Source: an uncultured delta proteobacterium (GTDB lineage Bacteria > Myxococcota_A > Polyangia > Fen-1088). From it: 64,000 nt of DNA. How positions within the stretch are numbered: position 1 is the stretch's first letter; each line of letters opens with the position of its first letter. Both the position numbers and the translations under genes were made by a program. The stretch is from positions 14,075 to 78,074 of the forward strand of contig CAVTRY010000010.1 of the NCBI GenBank assembly GCA_963737265.1, read 5' to 3'. Shown here one piece after another: positions 11,110 through 21,012 of this stretch. The notes below the pieces were generated by a model that worked only from the letters and a program-made list of their open reading frames with translations, ran no database searches and was not told where the DNA came from.

Positions 11110-13473
11110 ATGGCATCTGGCAGAACGACCGTAGCCCCTCCTTCAAACCGAGTCCGGCTCATTGTGGCATCTTCCGTGATGCTCACATTTATCTCCTTCT
11201 GGCGGGCAGCCTCCATTGTTCTCTGCGATTTGGGCTCTTCAGCCTTCTATGCAGGGGGCATTGCCGAAGAAGCTGTAGGCGCTGCGGCGCCATGGTTCAT
11301 CCTCGGCATCATGCTGTTCAGCTTTGCGGTACGCGCGGTCTATGTCGAGAGCTGTTCGATGTTTACCCGCGGCGGCGTTTACCGCGTAGTGAAGGAAGCG
11401 CTGGGCGGGACGTTCGCAAAACTCAGTGTCTCAGCACTGATGTTCGACTACATTCTTACCGGCCCGATTTCAGGCGTGTCTGCAGGGCAATACATTACAG
11501 GGTTAATGAACGAGTTGATGACGGTGGCCAACAATAGCCACTGGCTTCCTCCCGCATTGCTCTACACGAACGGATCCCCTTTTCAGTTCGACATGAACTA
11601 CACGTCGGCCGTGTTCGCGGCCATCGTGACCATCTATTACTGGTGGGAAAACACTAAGGGGATTGAAGAATCAAGCGGCAAAGCCATGCAGGTTATGCAG
11701 ATTACCACCGTGATGGTGGTGATTCTCATGGTTTGGGGTGTTTATTCGGTCTTCGTTCGCGGCGCGCATCTGCCACCTCCGCCGACGGTTGCCAATTTAA
11801 AGTTCAGTGACGACGCGCTCGGATTCTTAAAGGGAACACGGCTGGTTCCGCTTTTCGGTGCGTTCGGAATTCTGATGGCGTTTGGCCACTCGGTGCTGGC
11901 CATGAGCGGCGAAGAAAGCTTGGCCCAGGTGAACCGCGAGATTCAGCATCCCAAGCTGAAGAATCTGAAGCGCGCGGCGATCGTGATTGCCATCTACAGC
12001 CTGATCTTCACCGGCGGCGCAACGTTACTGGCCTCCATGCTGATTCCGACGTATGAGCGGACGCATATCTACCAGGACAACCTGATTGCCGGACTCGCCA
12101 TGTTCATGGTGGGCCCCATGTTCTGGCGAATCGCCTTCCGCATCTTTGTGGTGCTGGTGGGTTTTCTCATTCTTTCTGGCGCGATCAATACTTCGATGAT
12201 CGGCTCGACCGGCGTGCTGATGCGCGTGGCTGAAGATGGCGTGCTGACCGATTGGTTCCGCAAGCCGCATCCCAGGTTCGGCACGAGTTATCGAATAGTC
12301 AATCTTGTTTTTGGTTTGCAGATGTTCACCATCATCGTCACCCGGGGCAACGTGATCACCTTGGGCGAGGCGTATGCTTTCGGCGTCATCTGGTCGTTCA
12401 CCTTCAATAGCCTGGCGATGCTTGTGCTGCGCTGGAAGTATCACGGCGAGCGCGGATGGAAGGTTCCGCCGAATGTGCGCATCGGAAAGACCGAGATACC
12501 TATCGGACTGTTCTCAGTTTTTCTGGTTCTGCTCTCGACTGCCATCGTGAACCTGTTCACAAAGTCAGTGGCCACCGTCAGCGGTGTTATTTTTGCCGCG
12601 GCATTCTTCATCATCTTCTCCATCTCTGAGCGGCAAAACCAGAAGAAGCATGCCATCACCGCCCGGGAGATGAAAGACCACTTCCAACTGGAACACCAGG
12701 ACACCATCAGCCGCGAATCCGTTGCCATCCGGCCGGGCGGGATCATGGTTACGATGCGCGACCCGTCAAATCCCCTGGCGCTGAAATGGACGCTTTCTCG
12801 CACCAGCACCGACGAGCAGGACGTTGTGGTGATCAGCGTGCGCATGATGGGCGTGGGCGGCCCTGAATTCCTGAACGCCGAGCAACAGAGCTTTAGTGAG
12901 CACGAACAGATGGTGTTCACCAAGGCTGTCGCCATTGCTGAAAGCTTTGGCAAGAAAGTCTCGCTGCTGGTGGTTCCCGCCGGAGATGTTTTCGCAGCCT
13001 TGGCGCAGGGTGCAAACTCGCTTGAGGTGGACTCAGTGGTTTCGAGCGTCTCCTCAAAAATGTCGGTGGAAGATCAGGCATTCCATATGGGACAGGCGTG
13101 GGAAGCGTTGCCTGAGCCCAAGCGCCAGTTCAACTTCTATGTCGTGGATCCCGCAGGCGAAACTAAGGTATTTTACATTGGACCGCATGCGCCAAATCTG
13201 CAACCCGACGACGTGCAGTTAGTCCATCGACTCTGGCTTAACATGCGCCGTGACCCGTCAGTGCAGGACCTCCATCACAGCGACATCATTACTTATGCTT
13301 TGACCCGGCTGGCCGGACAATACGCGCGAGAGAAACAAGAGATTCTTCGAGACCTGCGCAACTTCCGGGCCATCGAGTCACCCGCTTCAGCACGCCTCGG
13401 CGGACAGGACCTACCCTCAGTACCGCCCGCATCTTTGCCCCCTCCTCCCCCTCCAAGGTCGCCGCGCAGTTAA
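11110..13473 (+). CDS. APC-family permease with a large cytoplasmic C-terminal domain (YdaO/KimA-like architecture)
   Basis: About 12 hydrophobic segments, DLGSSAFYAG, GGVYRVVKEALG, DYILTGPIS, AMSGEES and EAYAFGV, followed by a soluble tail of ~280 aa. Confidence 0.85.
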   Translation: MASGRTTVAPPSNRVRLIVASSVMLTFISFWRAASIVLCDLGSSAFYAGGIAEEAVGAAAPWFILGIMLFSFAVRAVYVESCSMFTRGGVYRVVKEALGGTFAKLSVSALMFDYILTGPISGVSAGQYITGLMNELMTVANNSHWLPPALLYTNGSPFQFDMNYTSAVFAAIVTIYYWWENTKGIEESSGKAMQVMQITTVMVVILMVWGVYSVFVRGAHLPPPPTVANLKFSDDALGFLKGTRLVPLFGAFGILMAFGHSVLAMSGEESLAQVNREIQHPKLKNLKRAAIVIAIYSLIFTGGATLLASMLIPTYERTHIYQDNLIAGLAMFMVGPMFWRIAFRIFVVLVGFLILSGAINTSMIGSTGVLMRVAEDGVLTDWFRKPHPRFGTSYRIVNLVFGLQMFTIIVTRGNVITLGEAYAFGVIWSFTFNSLAMLVLRWKYHGERGWKVPPNVRIGKTEIPIGLFSVFLVLLSTAIVNLFTKSVATVSGVIFAAAFFIIFSISERQNQKKHAITAREMKDHFQLEHQDTISRESVAIRPGGIMVTMRDPSNPLALKWTLSRTSTDEQDVVVISVRMMGVGGPEFLNAEQQSFSEHEQMVFTKAVAIAESFGKKVSLLVVPAGDVFAALAQGANSLEVDSVVSSVSSKMSVEDQAFHMGQAWEALPEPKRQFNFYVVDPAGETKVFYIGPHAPNLQPDDVQLVHRLWLNMRRDPSVQDLHHSDIITYALTRLAGQYAREKQEILRDLRNFRAIESPASARLGGQDLPSVPPASLPPPPPPRSPRS

Positions 13474-13851
13474 CCCGAGTCTCTCTCAAAGTGCAAGTTT
13501 GTTGAGAAGATGAGTCACATCAGACGCGTGAATTCTCCACGGAGAGATTGAACGGTCAAGCTAAACGATTTACCTGAAGAATTAATGGCCGGGAATGTCC
13601 TTCGACCTCTTATGTCAAGAAAACGATCCACGAATTTGACGCATCTACATTCGTATAAAGTCGCCGAATTGCGAGGCTGAAGCCCTAGCTTGGAAGCAGT
13701 GACTTTTGGGCGATCTTCGAACTTTTTGTTTGTAAAAGAGTCTACAGTTGCGTATTGTCTTTCACAGGACAAGGGGCGGGCTTGTGGCTGAGTCGCCTTT
13801 TGAGCAACGGATCAGGACTCCATCACTTATCAGGACCGCATAGGAGGTACC

Positions 13852-14085
13852 GTGGGAGTTTTAGAGATTCTGGCAGAGATTGATCGCGAGATCGCCCAGT
13901 TGCAACAGGCACGGGCACTGTTGGCCGGCAAAGCCGCGCCTGCTCCTAAGAAAGCCGCAGCAGCCCCATCCGCGAAGAAGAAGACCAGGAAAAAGAGAAA
14001 TCTAACTCCCGAAGGGCGGAAGCGGATTGCCGAGGCAGTGAAACGCCGCTGGGCAGAGCAGAAGAAGGCCGCATCCGCAAAGTAA
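13852..14085 (+). CDS. Small basic protein, putative nucleoid-associated / DNA-binding
   Basis: RBS AGGAGG before GTG; coiled-coil N-terminus, PKK/AKK linker and KRNLTPEGRKRIAEAVKRRWA; preceded by an AT-richer intergenic region. Confidence 0.75.
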   Translation: MGVLEILAEIDREIAQLQQARALLAGKAAPAPKKAAAAPSAKKKTRKKRNLTPEGRKRIAEAVKRRWAEQKKAASAK

Positions 14086-14131
14086 GCCGGCCCGATTTCT
14101 GCCGCCGTTTTTCAACCTTGGCTGTTTCGTA

Positions 14132-14836
14132 CTAGATAGTTTGCCCCGGCGACCATTGCACGACCTCTACGTCCGCGTCTACAAGTGCAGCAAGTTCCGT
14201 GGGAGTTCCCGTCAAGGGCGGGAACGTACCGAAGTGCAAAGGAAGAATTCTCTTTGCTCCCAGAAGCCGGACCGCCGCGGCGGCTTCCTTCGGCCCCATG
14301 GTGTAATACCCGCCGATGGGAAGCATCGCAACCTGGGGCTTGTAGAGTTCACCAATCAGCTTCATGTCTCCAAAGACCGTTGTATCCCCGGAGTGATAGA
14401 GAACCGGGCCTCCCTCAACGGTGAGTACAAAGCCGGCGGCAACTCCCACGTAATGCGTTCCCGACTCATCCTGCGCACCGGCTGAGTGCTTGGCATCGAC
14501 CATGGTTGCGGTTACATCGTCCAGTTGCACGCTTCCACCGAGATTCATCCCGATAGTGTTGGTAACTCCTTTGCCGGCAACGTAGGCCGCGAGCTCATAG
14601 ATAGCGACCACCGTTGAACCATGGCTTTTGGCGACTGGAACCGCGTCAGACATATGATCGCCGTGCCCATGAGTTAGAAGTATGTATTGGATTGTGGCGG
14701 GAAGCGTGAAGCCTTTGGGATACTTAGGATTCTGCTCGATGAACGGATCGATCAGGATGTTTGTTCCCCGGGGCGTTTGAACCAAAACGGTAGAGTGGCC
14801 AAGCCAGGTAATACGAGTCTTCTCAAATGAGCTCAT
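14132..14836 (-). CDS. Metallo-beta-lactamase-fold hydrolase (UPF0173-like)
   Basis: ITWLGHS, THGHGDH, YHSGDT, LPIGGYYTMGP and PLHFGTFP. Confidence 0.92.
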   Translation of the reverse strand: MSSFEKTRITWLGHSTVLVQTPRGTNILIDPFIEQNPKYPKGFTLPATIQYILLTHGHGDHMSDAVPVAKSHGSTVVAIYELAAYVAGKGVTNTIGMNLGGSVQLDDVTATMVDAKHSAGAQDESGTHYVGVAAGFVLTVEGGPVLYHSGDTTVFGDMKLIGELYKPQVAMLPIGGYYTMGPKEAAAAVRLLGAKRILPLHFGTFPPLTGTPTELAALVDADVEVVQWSPGQTI

Positions 14837-14912
14837 GAAACCTCCTTGGGATCCCCCTCGTGGCGTGCGGTGGCGAATATGTGATGCGATGGCTCTTCGG
14901 AGGGAAGCCTCT

Positions 14913-15566
14913 TCACCGCGTCATGATGACTTCAGACACGCTGTCTTTCGCCAGGAACTGTTTGTGCCCCGACCAACCGGCAAACAGACGCTCAATGCTT
15001 CGGTTTGTAAATGCCCGTTGAATGGGGAACTGTTGGGTGAGTTGCATTTCGACATCGTCGGTAGGAGTTAGGTGAAAACGGCATCGCGTTGTTTCTTCGC
15101 CATGGGTTCGGGTATGAAAAAATGCGAGCACCTGACCTCCGGAATTCATGGCTCCACGCAGATGGTCCACGAGAGGCTTGACAAGCGGCTCAGGCAGATA
15201 ATCGAGCGCGGTCCATAGCAGCACAACATCGAACATCCGCCCGGAAAAATTCAAAGATTGATCAAGATATTCTTTGTCGTTCCAGATCGGTTTGCCGTCT
15301 TCATCCTCGCCAATCTTCCAGTCTACCGTCCATGCGTCGTGGACAAGATCGGCCATAAAGACACTATGGCCCAGGCCGGTGAGGTAGTTGATATTTGTGG
15401 GGGAGGTGTACCCTACATCGATTACGCGCAGGCCGGACTCGCTCTCAAGCCTTTTGCGCAAGGTCGACCACCCACCGGAATGACGTGGCACTTTGGGCCC
15501 GCTAAACCCCGGAGCGGAAGGGGTTGGGCCGCTGTCCTGCTTCTTGTCAAACCAACGGCTAAGCAA
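14913..15566 (-). CDS. Class I SAM-dependent methyltransferase-like protein
   Basis: LRVIDVG, FDVVLLWTALDY and MNSGGQVLAF pattern; follows bactofilin. Start uncertain. Confidence 0.65.
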   Translation of the reverse strand: MLSRWFDKKQDSGPTPSAPGFSGPKVPRHSGGWSTLRKRLESESGLRVIDVGYTSPTNINYLTGLGHSVFMADLVHDAWTVDWKIGEDEDGKPIWNDKEYLDQSLNFSGRMFDVVLLWTALDYLPEPLVKPLVDHLRGAMNSGGQVLAFFHTRTHGEETTRCRFHLTPTDDVEMQLTQQFPIQRAFTNRSIERLFAGWSGHKQFLAKDSVSEVIMTR

Positions 15567-15626
15567 TCAGAAGTCCTCTTGCGGTGGAACCGACACGGGA
15601 TTCGCCGCACGGCAGAACCCATCCCG

Positions 15627-16010
15627 TCAAAAAATCCCCCCGGACGGCGGCGGATTGGCTCCATCCGGGCCTTTAGCAACGGCTTGCGTCAGATCGACTT
15701 TGCCGCGAAATACCGCGTTGTCTTCCACGGCCAGGCGAAGAGCGCGAATATCGCCTTCGACGATGCAGCCCGCGCGCAACTCGACGCGGCCGCTGGCCAC
15801 AACGTTGCCCTGGACGTGGCCCAGGATCAGCACGTCGCGGGCAGAAAGGTCGGCCGCAACATTTGCGTTGGCGCCGATGGTCAACCGGCTCTCGGAGAGG
15901 CTTACAGTGCCCTCCACGCGCCCATCCACAATGAGATCTTCACTTCCCTTGACTTCGCCGCAAATCACGACGCTTTTGCCGATGCGCGCTGGAGAATTCT
16001 CCACTGCCAT
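15627..16010 (-). CDS. Bactofilin (polymer-forming cytoskeletal protein)
   Basis: Beta-helix repeats ARIGKSVVICGEV, DLIVDGRVEG and GDIRALRLAVEDNAVFRG. Confidence 0.92.
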   Translation of the reverse strand: MAVENSPARIGKSVVICGEVKGSEDLIVDGRVEGTVSLSESRLTIGANANVAADLSARDVLILGHVQGNVVASGRVELRAGCIVEGDIRALRLAVEDNAVFRGKVDLTQAVAKGPDGANPPPSGGIF

Positions 16011-16163
16011 AATTTTTGATCCTTCCGAGAGGCAAAACAAGCCCCTGCCCGAACTATACGCAAAGCGGGCGCATTGCTTCAATCCAGCGGTCGCCATAAC
16101 AGTCGAATCCAAGTTTCCCGCCCAGCGTCTAACCAGAGGTGAACCACTGCGAGGTCTGCCAGT

Positions 16164-17072
16164 TTGCCGTTGCCAGTTAAACTAGACCGTGTGTGTAGTC
16201 CATGGCCGGGTCACGGCGTTCTTACTTTGGTCACTCTCCTGTGGACCACCCTTTGCGCCGTGCCGGCTGGAGGGCAAGCCGGCACGGCCGTAATCTCCTC
16301 TGCAGAGGCGCAGGCGCTGGTGCAGCACGCACTCGCGTCGGAACTGATCGCGGCACAGGACCAGGACCATCCGATGCGCTTCCGGCTGCGCAAATCGAGC
16401 CCAAGGCTCACAACAACCAAGGACATTCTGGAAACCAAAGACGGCATGGTGGCCCGCATGGTGGCTTTGAATGACAAGCCTCTATCCCAGGCTGACGAGC
16501 AGACGGAGCAAGCGCGTTTGGATGACCTGGTGAGAGACCCGGGAAAACAAAGTCGCCGAAAGCAACGGGAAGACGATGACGCCGCGCATGCGTTGAAGGT
16601 ACTTCGCGCGCTTCCCAAGGCCTTCGTGTATCAGTATGCAGGCAGCGCCGCCGGCCCGAGTGGAGCAATCGAGAAGTTCACTTTCAGCCCAAACCCGAGA
16701 TTCAATCCGCCTGACATTGAATCGCTGGCGCTGACGGAGATGAGCGGGGAGTTGTGGATTGACTCAGCACACCAGCGAGTGACGCGCCTGGAGGGCCACC
16801 TGCAACAGGACGCGGATTTTGGCTGGGGAATCCTGGGAAGACTGAACAAGGGCGGCTGGGTGAGGATTGAGCAGGCCGATGTGGGGGCGGGTCAGTGGCG
16901 GATTGTGCGCTTCAAGATGGTGATGAGCGGAAGGGTTCTGTTTAAAACAAAAGTCTTCGATACAACGGAAGAGCAGACCGACTTTCAACCGCTCCCGGTG
17001 GGGCTTGGTTACCAGAAAGCAATTCAGATGCTGCGGGCAACGCCGGGAGGCGTAACGCAAGCGCAAGAATAA
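16164..17072 (+). CDS. Exported hypothetical protein
   Basis: Signal-peptide-like N-terminus; FSPNPRFNPP, GELWID and DFGWGILGRLNKGG; long clean ORF. Confidence 0.7.
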   Translation: MPLPVKLDRVCSPWPGHGVLTLVTLLWTTLCAVPAGGQAGTAVISSAEAQALVQHALASELIAAQDQDHPMRFRLRKSSPRLTTTKDILETKDGMVARMVALNDKPLSQADEQTEQARLDDLVRDPGKQSRRKQREDDDAAHALKVLRALPKAFVYQYAGSAAGPSGAIEKFTFSPNPRFNPPDIESLALTEMSGELWIDSAHQRVTRLEGHLQQDADFGWGILGRLNKGGWVRIEQADVGAGQWRIVRFKMVMSGRVLFKTKVFDTTEEQTDFQPLPVGLGYQKAIQMLRATPGGVTQAQE

Positions 17073-17087
17073 GCTGCCCGGAGAACC

Positions 17088-17131
17088 AAAACAAAACCGC
17101 CTCACCGTCATCGGTGAGGCCGTTTTGTTTT
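17088..17131. terminator. Bidirectional intrinsic terminator between convergent genes
   Basis: AAAACAAAACC-GCCTCACCG tcat CGGTGAGGC-CGTTTTGTTTT hairpin with A and T tracts on either side. Confidence 0.85.
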
Positions 17132-17146
17132 CCCGCAAAGAACTCA

Positions 17147-17443
17147 CTACATCTTCAAGAAAACCATCAGCAGGGTGAACAGGGTGAGGGACTCGATGAA
17201 TGCCAGGCCAAGAATCAGGAAAGTGAAGATTCCGGGGCGGGCGCCTGGGTTGCGAGCCAGCGCTTCTACGGCCGAGCCGACTGCGCGGCCTTGAGCCAGG
17301 CCGCAAAGACCCGCGGCGAGCCCCATGCCGAGACCAACGCCGATGGGAACGAGACTGGTTGCGGTTGAGCCGCCGTCGGCGAATGCCGGAGTGGCGAAGC
17401 AAAGTGCGGCGAGGGCCATAAACAGATATTGAAGCTTGCGCAT
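17147..17443 (-). CDS. atpE: ATP synthase F0 subunit c with an N-terminal extension
   Basis: GLAQGRAVGSAVEALARNPG and GLAFIESL; RBS GCAGGAG. Confidence 0.95.
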   Translation of the reverse strand: MRKLQYLFMALAALCFATPAFADGGSTATSLVPIGVGLGMGLAAGLCGLAQGRAVGSAVEALARNPGARPGIFTFLILGLAFIESLTLFTLLMVFLKM

Positions 17444-17489
17444 GTTTCTCCTGCTTCCGATGATTTGACCGCCAGTGGGTGGTTGAGGT

Positions 17490-17790
17490 TCACCGTGCTG
17501 ACCCCCTCACGCTGGCAGCCGTTCGTTTATCCGGAGCGGAAGCGCCCTCCGGCGAATTCCCTGTCTCGCTAGAGCGAGAGTTGAAGCCCAAGACCTTAGT
17601 GATCGTGTGAAACCGCAAGCGCGAGGTAGATCATCGACAGCAGCATGAACACGCCCGCACCGACATATCTCGCCGGCTTTGTCGTGCGACATCGGCCCGG
17701 GCTGTGAACGGCGCTAGGGGCATACCGTGCAGACGAGCTCTCAGCGGGACGCATCGGGTTCGCATCCGGGCTCGCGGCCGGGTAGTGGGT
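17490..17790. other. Compositional and taxonomic discontinuity (probable chimeric junction)
   Basis: No atpB upstream of atpE; GC content, codon style, indel density and protein families all change beyond this point. Confidence 0.7.
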
Positions 17791-17927
17791 CAGTTTGAAT
17801 ATGTCAGGCTGACGAGCACTCCACCGATGATCATGCCCGCAAAGAGGCCCGGCAGGCCGAACCTTGCGCTCCCGGCGAGCGCAAGCGCGATACCAACGGC
17901 ATAGAACAACGGTCTCCGGTAGCGCAT
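17790..17927 (-). CDS. Small hydrophobic hypothetical protein
   Basis: MRYRRPLFYAVGIALALAGSARFGLPGLFAGMIIGGVLVSLTYSN, two hydrophobic stretches. Confidence 0.35.
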   Translation of the reverse strand: MRYRRPLFYAVGIALALAGSARFGLPGLFAGMIIGGVLVSLTYSN

Positions 17928-17954
17928 GATTCCCCGCACGCCGACGGAGTGTAA

Positions 17955-18030
17955 CCGTCGATCAGCTCCGCAATCTCGGTCAGGGACCAAACGTGGTCGG
18001 CTACGCCAGCGGCCATCGCCGGCGGTGTCG
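17955..18030 (-). pseudogene. C-terminal remnant of an IS1-like DDE transposase
   Basis: Frame reads TPPAMAAGVADHVWSLTEIAELID, the TPAMxAGxxDHVWS terminal motif of these transposases; nothing else of the gene remains. Confidence 0.6.
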
Positions 18031-18565
18031 CTACAGCGAATCGCTCTTCTCCCGGTTGCACTCGGCGCACAGCAGCTGCAGGTTCTCGAGCGTCGTGGCG
18101 CCTCCAAGCGCGACCGGCAGCACGTGGTCGTACTGGAGCTCGAAGCTCGAGCCGCATTGCACGCAGCGGCCACCGTCACGCTCGTACACCGCACGGCCGA
18201 GCTCGTCTTGGGATCGGCTCTCGTGTAGGGATCCCATTCTCTTCGGCGCGCATGAGACTGCGCGCGCTCTGGAGCCTGGCTCGAGCCCGCCGCTCGCGCT
18301 GGAGCGCGAGCGCCTTCACGTCTTCTGCCGCGAGCCCCTCGTCGTCCCAGTAGAACCTCTCATGGAACAACCACATGGTCCGTCGGCCGCTGTGGCACAT
18401 AGCGACGGGCTCATCGCGCGCAGCGCTCCTGATCGCCGCGATCGCGTTCGGCTTGAAGCGCTCCGCGTGGATCCGCCGTCCGGAACGAACCGCGTATCGA
18501 CCCGTGACCACATTCCACACGCTCCAGGGAAGTCGCACTATTTCGGCGTTGTTGTCGACGCGCAA
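18031..18565 (-). CDS. HNH endonuclease (actinobacterial type); apparent frameshift near 18205
   Basis: RAVYERDGGRCVQCG..QYDHVLPVALGG...ENLQLLCAECNREKS; N-terminal part FYWDDEGLAAEDVKAL..REPIP in ORF 18176..18565. Confidence 0.85.
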
Positions 18566-18699
18566 GAATCTCGATCCTTTGTATGCCGGCTTATCGGCAA
18601 CGGTCGGCGACGGATTTAGCGGTCGGGATTCGGTTCAGGGTGCAAATCATGAGTCGCAGGCGTATGCGGTCCCACGAGCCGGGTCGTTTTGCATCGCCT

Positions 18700-19553
18700 G
18701 GGTACGCGTCGCGGTTCTCCTCACTGGTCTTAGGCTCGCCGGTCGCTAGCCGCGGCGGCGCCGCAGGGAGCGGCGCCCCCCACCCGGTGAACAACGCACG
18801 CGCGATCGGGCCGTCGCCGTAGTCCGTCGACGAACGCCGCAGCCGCGGCGAAGCGGAAGCCGCCGCGGGGGCAGCGACCTGGGAGAAGGATCCCCTTCGG
18901 CGTGTACGGGACGGTTGCGCGCGCGGTGTTCGTAGTAGGTAGCCCGGCCGCCGGTCCAATCGTCGCTTGAAGTTGGACGACTGAGACGTCGGGTGCTTCC
19001 GGCAGACTCGGGACGAGCGGGACCCGATGCGGATATCGCCGCCGTACGGCGGCTGCGACGGCAGCAGGACGGCGGGAAGCACGAGGTTGGCAACGACCGG
19101 GCTGATGCCCTGGGCGTCTAGCAGCAGCGCGACCTGCCCGTTCTCGTTTTCTGCGCGCGTGACCGTGATCGCCGCCGGCTCCCGGACGACTCGGGCCCGA
19201 AGGGGATCTCGCCGACCGCTGAGCCGTAGCCCATGATCGAGTCGGGTGGACATCCGGCCGGTCCTAGCGCTTCGAGCGTGGCTGCGGTACACGTTTCGAG
19301 GCCGAGGCCGCTCAGCGCTATCCCGAGATTGTTCGGATAGCGGATATCGAGTCGCTTCAGCGGCGGCGGTACCGCGCCTCTGTTCGTGGAGATCCCGATG
19401 CGCCAAAACGATCGATGTGCCCCGGCCGGGCCGGTCGGGGCGGAGGTGTGCTGCCAGGTGCGCCGACTGGTTGGCGTAGGCCGAGACGGGCAGCAGGCAG
19501 CCGATGGCGCACGCCAACAGAAGCGATCGGCCTAGGCTGCGGCGCTGGCGCAT
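18700..19553 (-). CDS. Secreted hypothetical protein, multiple apparent frameshifts; 3' end approximate
   Basis: Signal peptide MRQRRSLGRSLLLACAIGCLLPVSAYA; fragments in several frames (VALLLDAQGISPV, PPYGGDIRI, CPRGGFRFAA). Confidence 0.5.
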
Positions 19554-19572
19554 GAGGGCCCCGAAACCCCGT

Positions 19573-20013
19573 TCAGTAGTTGAAGCGACCGCGCGTCTGG
19601 ATCGTGAGCCTGTAGGTGCGGCGATCGAATTCTCCGTAGAGGCCTCCGCGCCCGTGCGCGTGCGCGTAGCGGCCTGTGCCGCCCGTGATCACCAGCGTCC
19701 CGCCGAACGTCTGGTAGCGACCGGAGCCGTGTGGCGTCGCCGAACCATGGCCCTTGAGGGCTCCCCGTCGCGGGTATAGAGGATGACGGTCCCACTCGAA
19801 CGAGGAGCCGACCGTCAGCCATGCGCGGATGGTGCCTGGAAGCGAGCCGCTCGCATTGCCCTTCCTGGAAGAAGGGTGGCGCCGCTGCTGCGCACATCGT
19901 GCAGGTGCCTTCATCGGAGCCGTTCACCACATGGGCGGCATGGGCGCGCGACGCTGCCACTGCGACCGCCGTCGCAGCACAAAACGTGGCTAGCGCGGTG
20001 AAAAAAGGCCATG
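19573..20013 (-). CDS. Secreted hypothetical protein, frameshifted
   Basis: Signal-like N-terminus; C-terminal YQTFGGTLVITGGTGRYAHAHGRGGLYG with an ITGGTGRY motif. Confidence 0.55.
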
Positions 20014-20083
20014 TGGTGCGACGCACGATCCTCCCCTCCAATCAGTCGTCGGGCATCCGCGATTGTGCGCAGATCACGGCCCA

Positions 20084-20965
20084 TTAAACACCCAAGGGGA
20101 CGCTTCGGACCGGTCTGGGTGGCTCGCGAGCGGCGCGAGGCGGCGCCGCGCGACGACGAGGTTCCGGCGCCACGCGGGAACGCTGACCGCTCCCCTCTGA
20201 CGCCCCAAGCCCTCGCGCTCGATCTGCCGCAGGATCTCGCGGTAGAGCGAGGCGCGAACAGCGATCCCGAGATGACCGCGGGAGAGGAGTCGTATGCCGT
20301 CGTGCCCTTCGTCGTAGAGACTTGTCCGCGCGCGCTATCTTGGTCCCGCAGCAACTCGCCTCTTGCTCCCGGCGACGGGAAACCGAAGCGCCCGATCGAC
20401 GCCCGCGAGATGTAGATCCTGCCGCGGGAGAGATCCTCGTCGACGTCCCGTAGGACGTTGGTGAGCTGCATCGCCTGGCCAAGCGTGGCGATCTTCGCCT
20501 TCGCATCCGCCGCCCGCGTGCCGAGCAGCTCAGCGACCATGACGGCGACAGATCCTCCGACGTGCGCGCAATAGAGATCGAGGTCTTCATCCGTCTCGAT
20601 CGCCGTGCGAGCCAAATCGTCGCCCGAAACGCGGCACAGAGGTCGATGAAGGGCTCCGGTGAGAGGGGATAGCGGCGCGAGAGATCGGCGAGCGTGAGCG
20701 TGGCGGCTGCTGGGGGCGTCTTTCACCCGCTAGCCAGTCCATCCACGGCGCCCAGCTGCTCCGCCTGCGTCTGGTCGGAGTCACGGTCCACCGCATCGTC
20801 CAGCACACGCAGCGCGGCGTAGAGGCGATAGACATCATCCCGCACGTCCGCGGGCAGTAGTCGGAGACCCGGCGCCAGCGTGCTCTTCCTCGGGCGGGCG
20901 CACCGACTCCGTTGGGGATCTTCCCCGAGCTGGGCAAGCAGCGCTGTCGTCGTCCTCGTCGACAT
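20084..20965 (-). CDS. Squalene/phytoene synthase family protein, multiple apparent frameshifts
   Basis: RLLPADVRDDVYRLYAALRVLDDAVD, DLDLYCAHVGGSV and LGQAMQLTNVLRDVDEDLSRGRIYI. Confidence 0.82.
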
Positions 20966-21012
20966 CGCAGAACTTCGACAGTAGCGGATCAGCGAAGGTC
21001 GGCTCGGACGGG

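Noticed and set aside
20084-20965. Carotenoid or hopanoid biosynthetic cluster
   Set aside because: No desaturase, cyclase or prenyl-diphosphate synthase nearby; the synthase stands alone.
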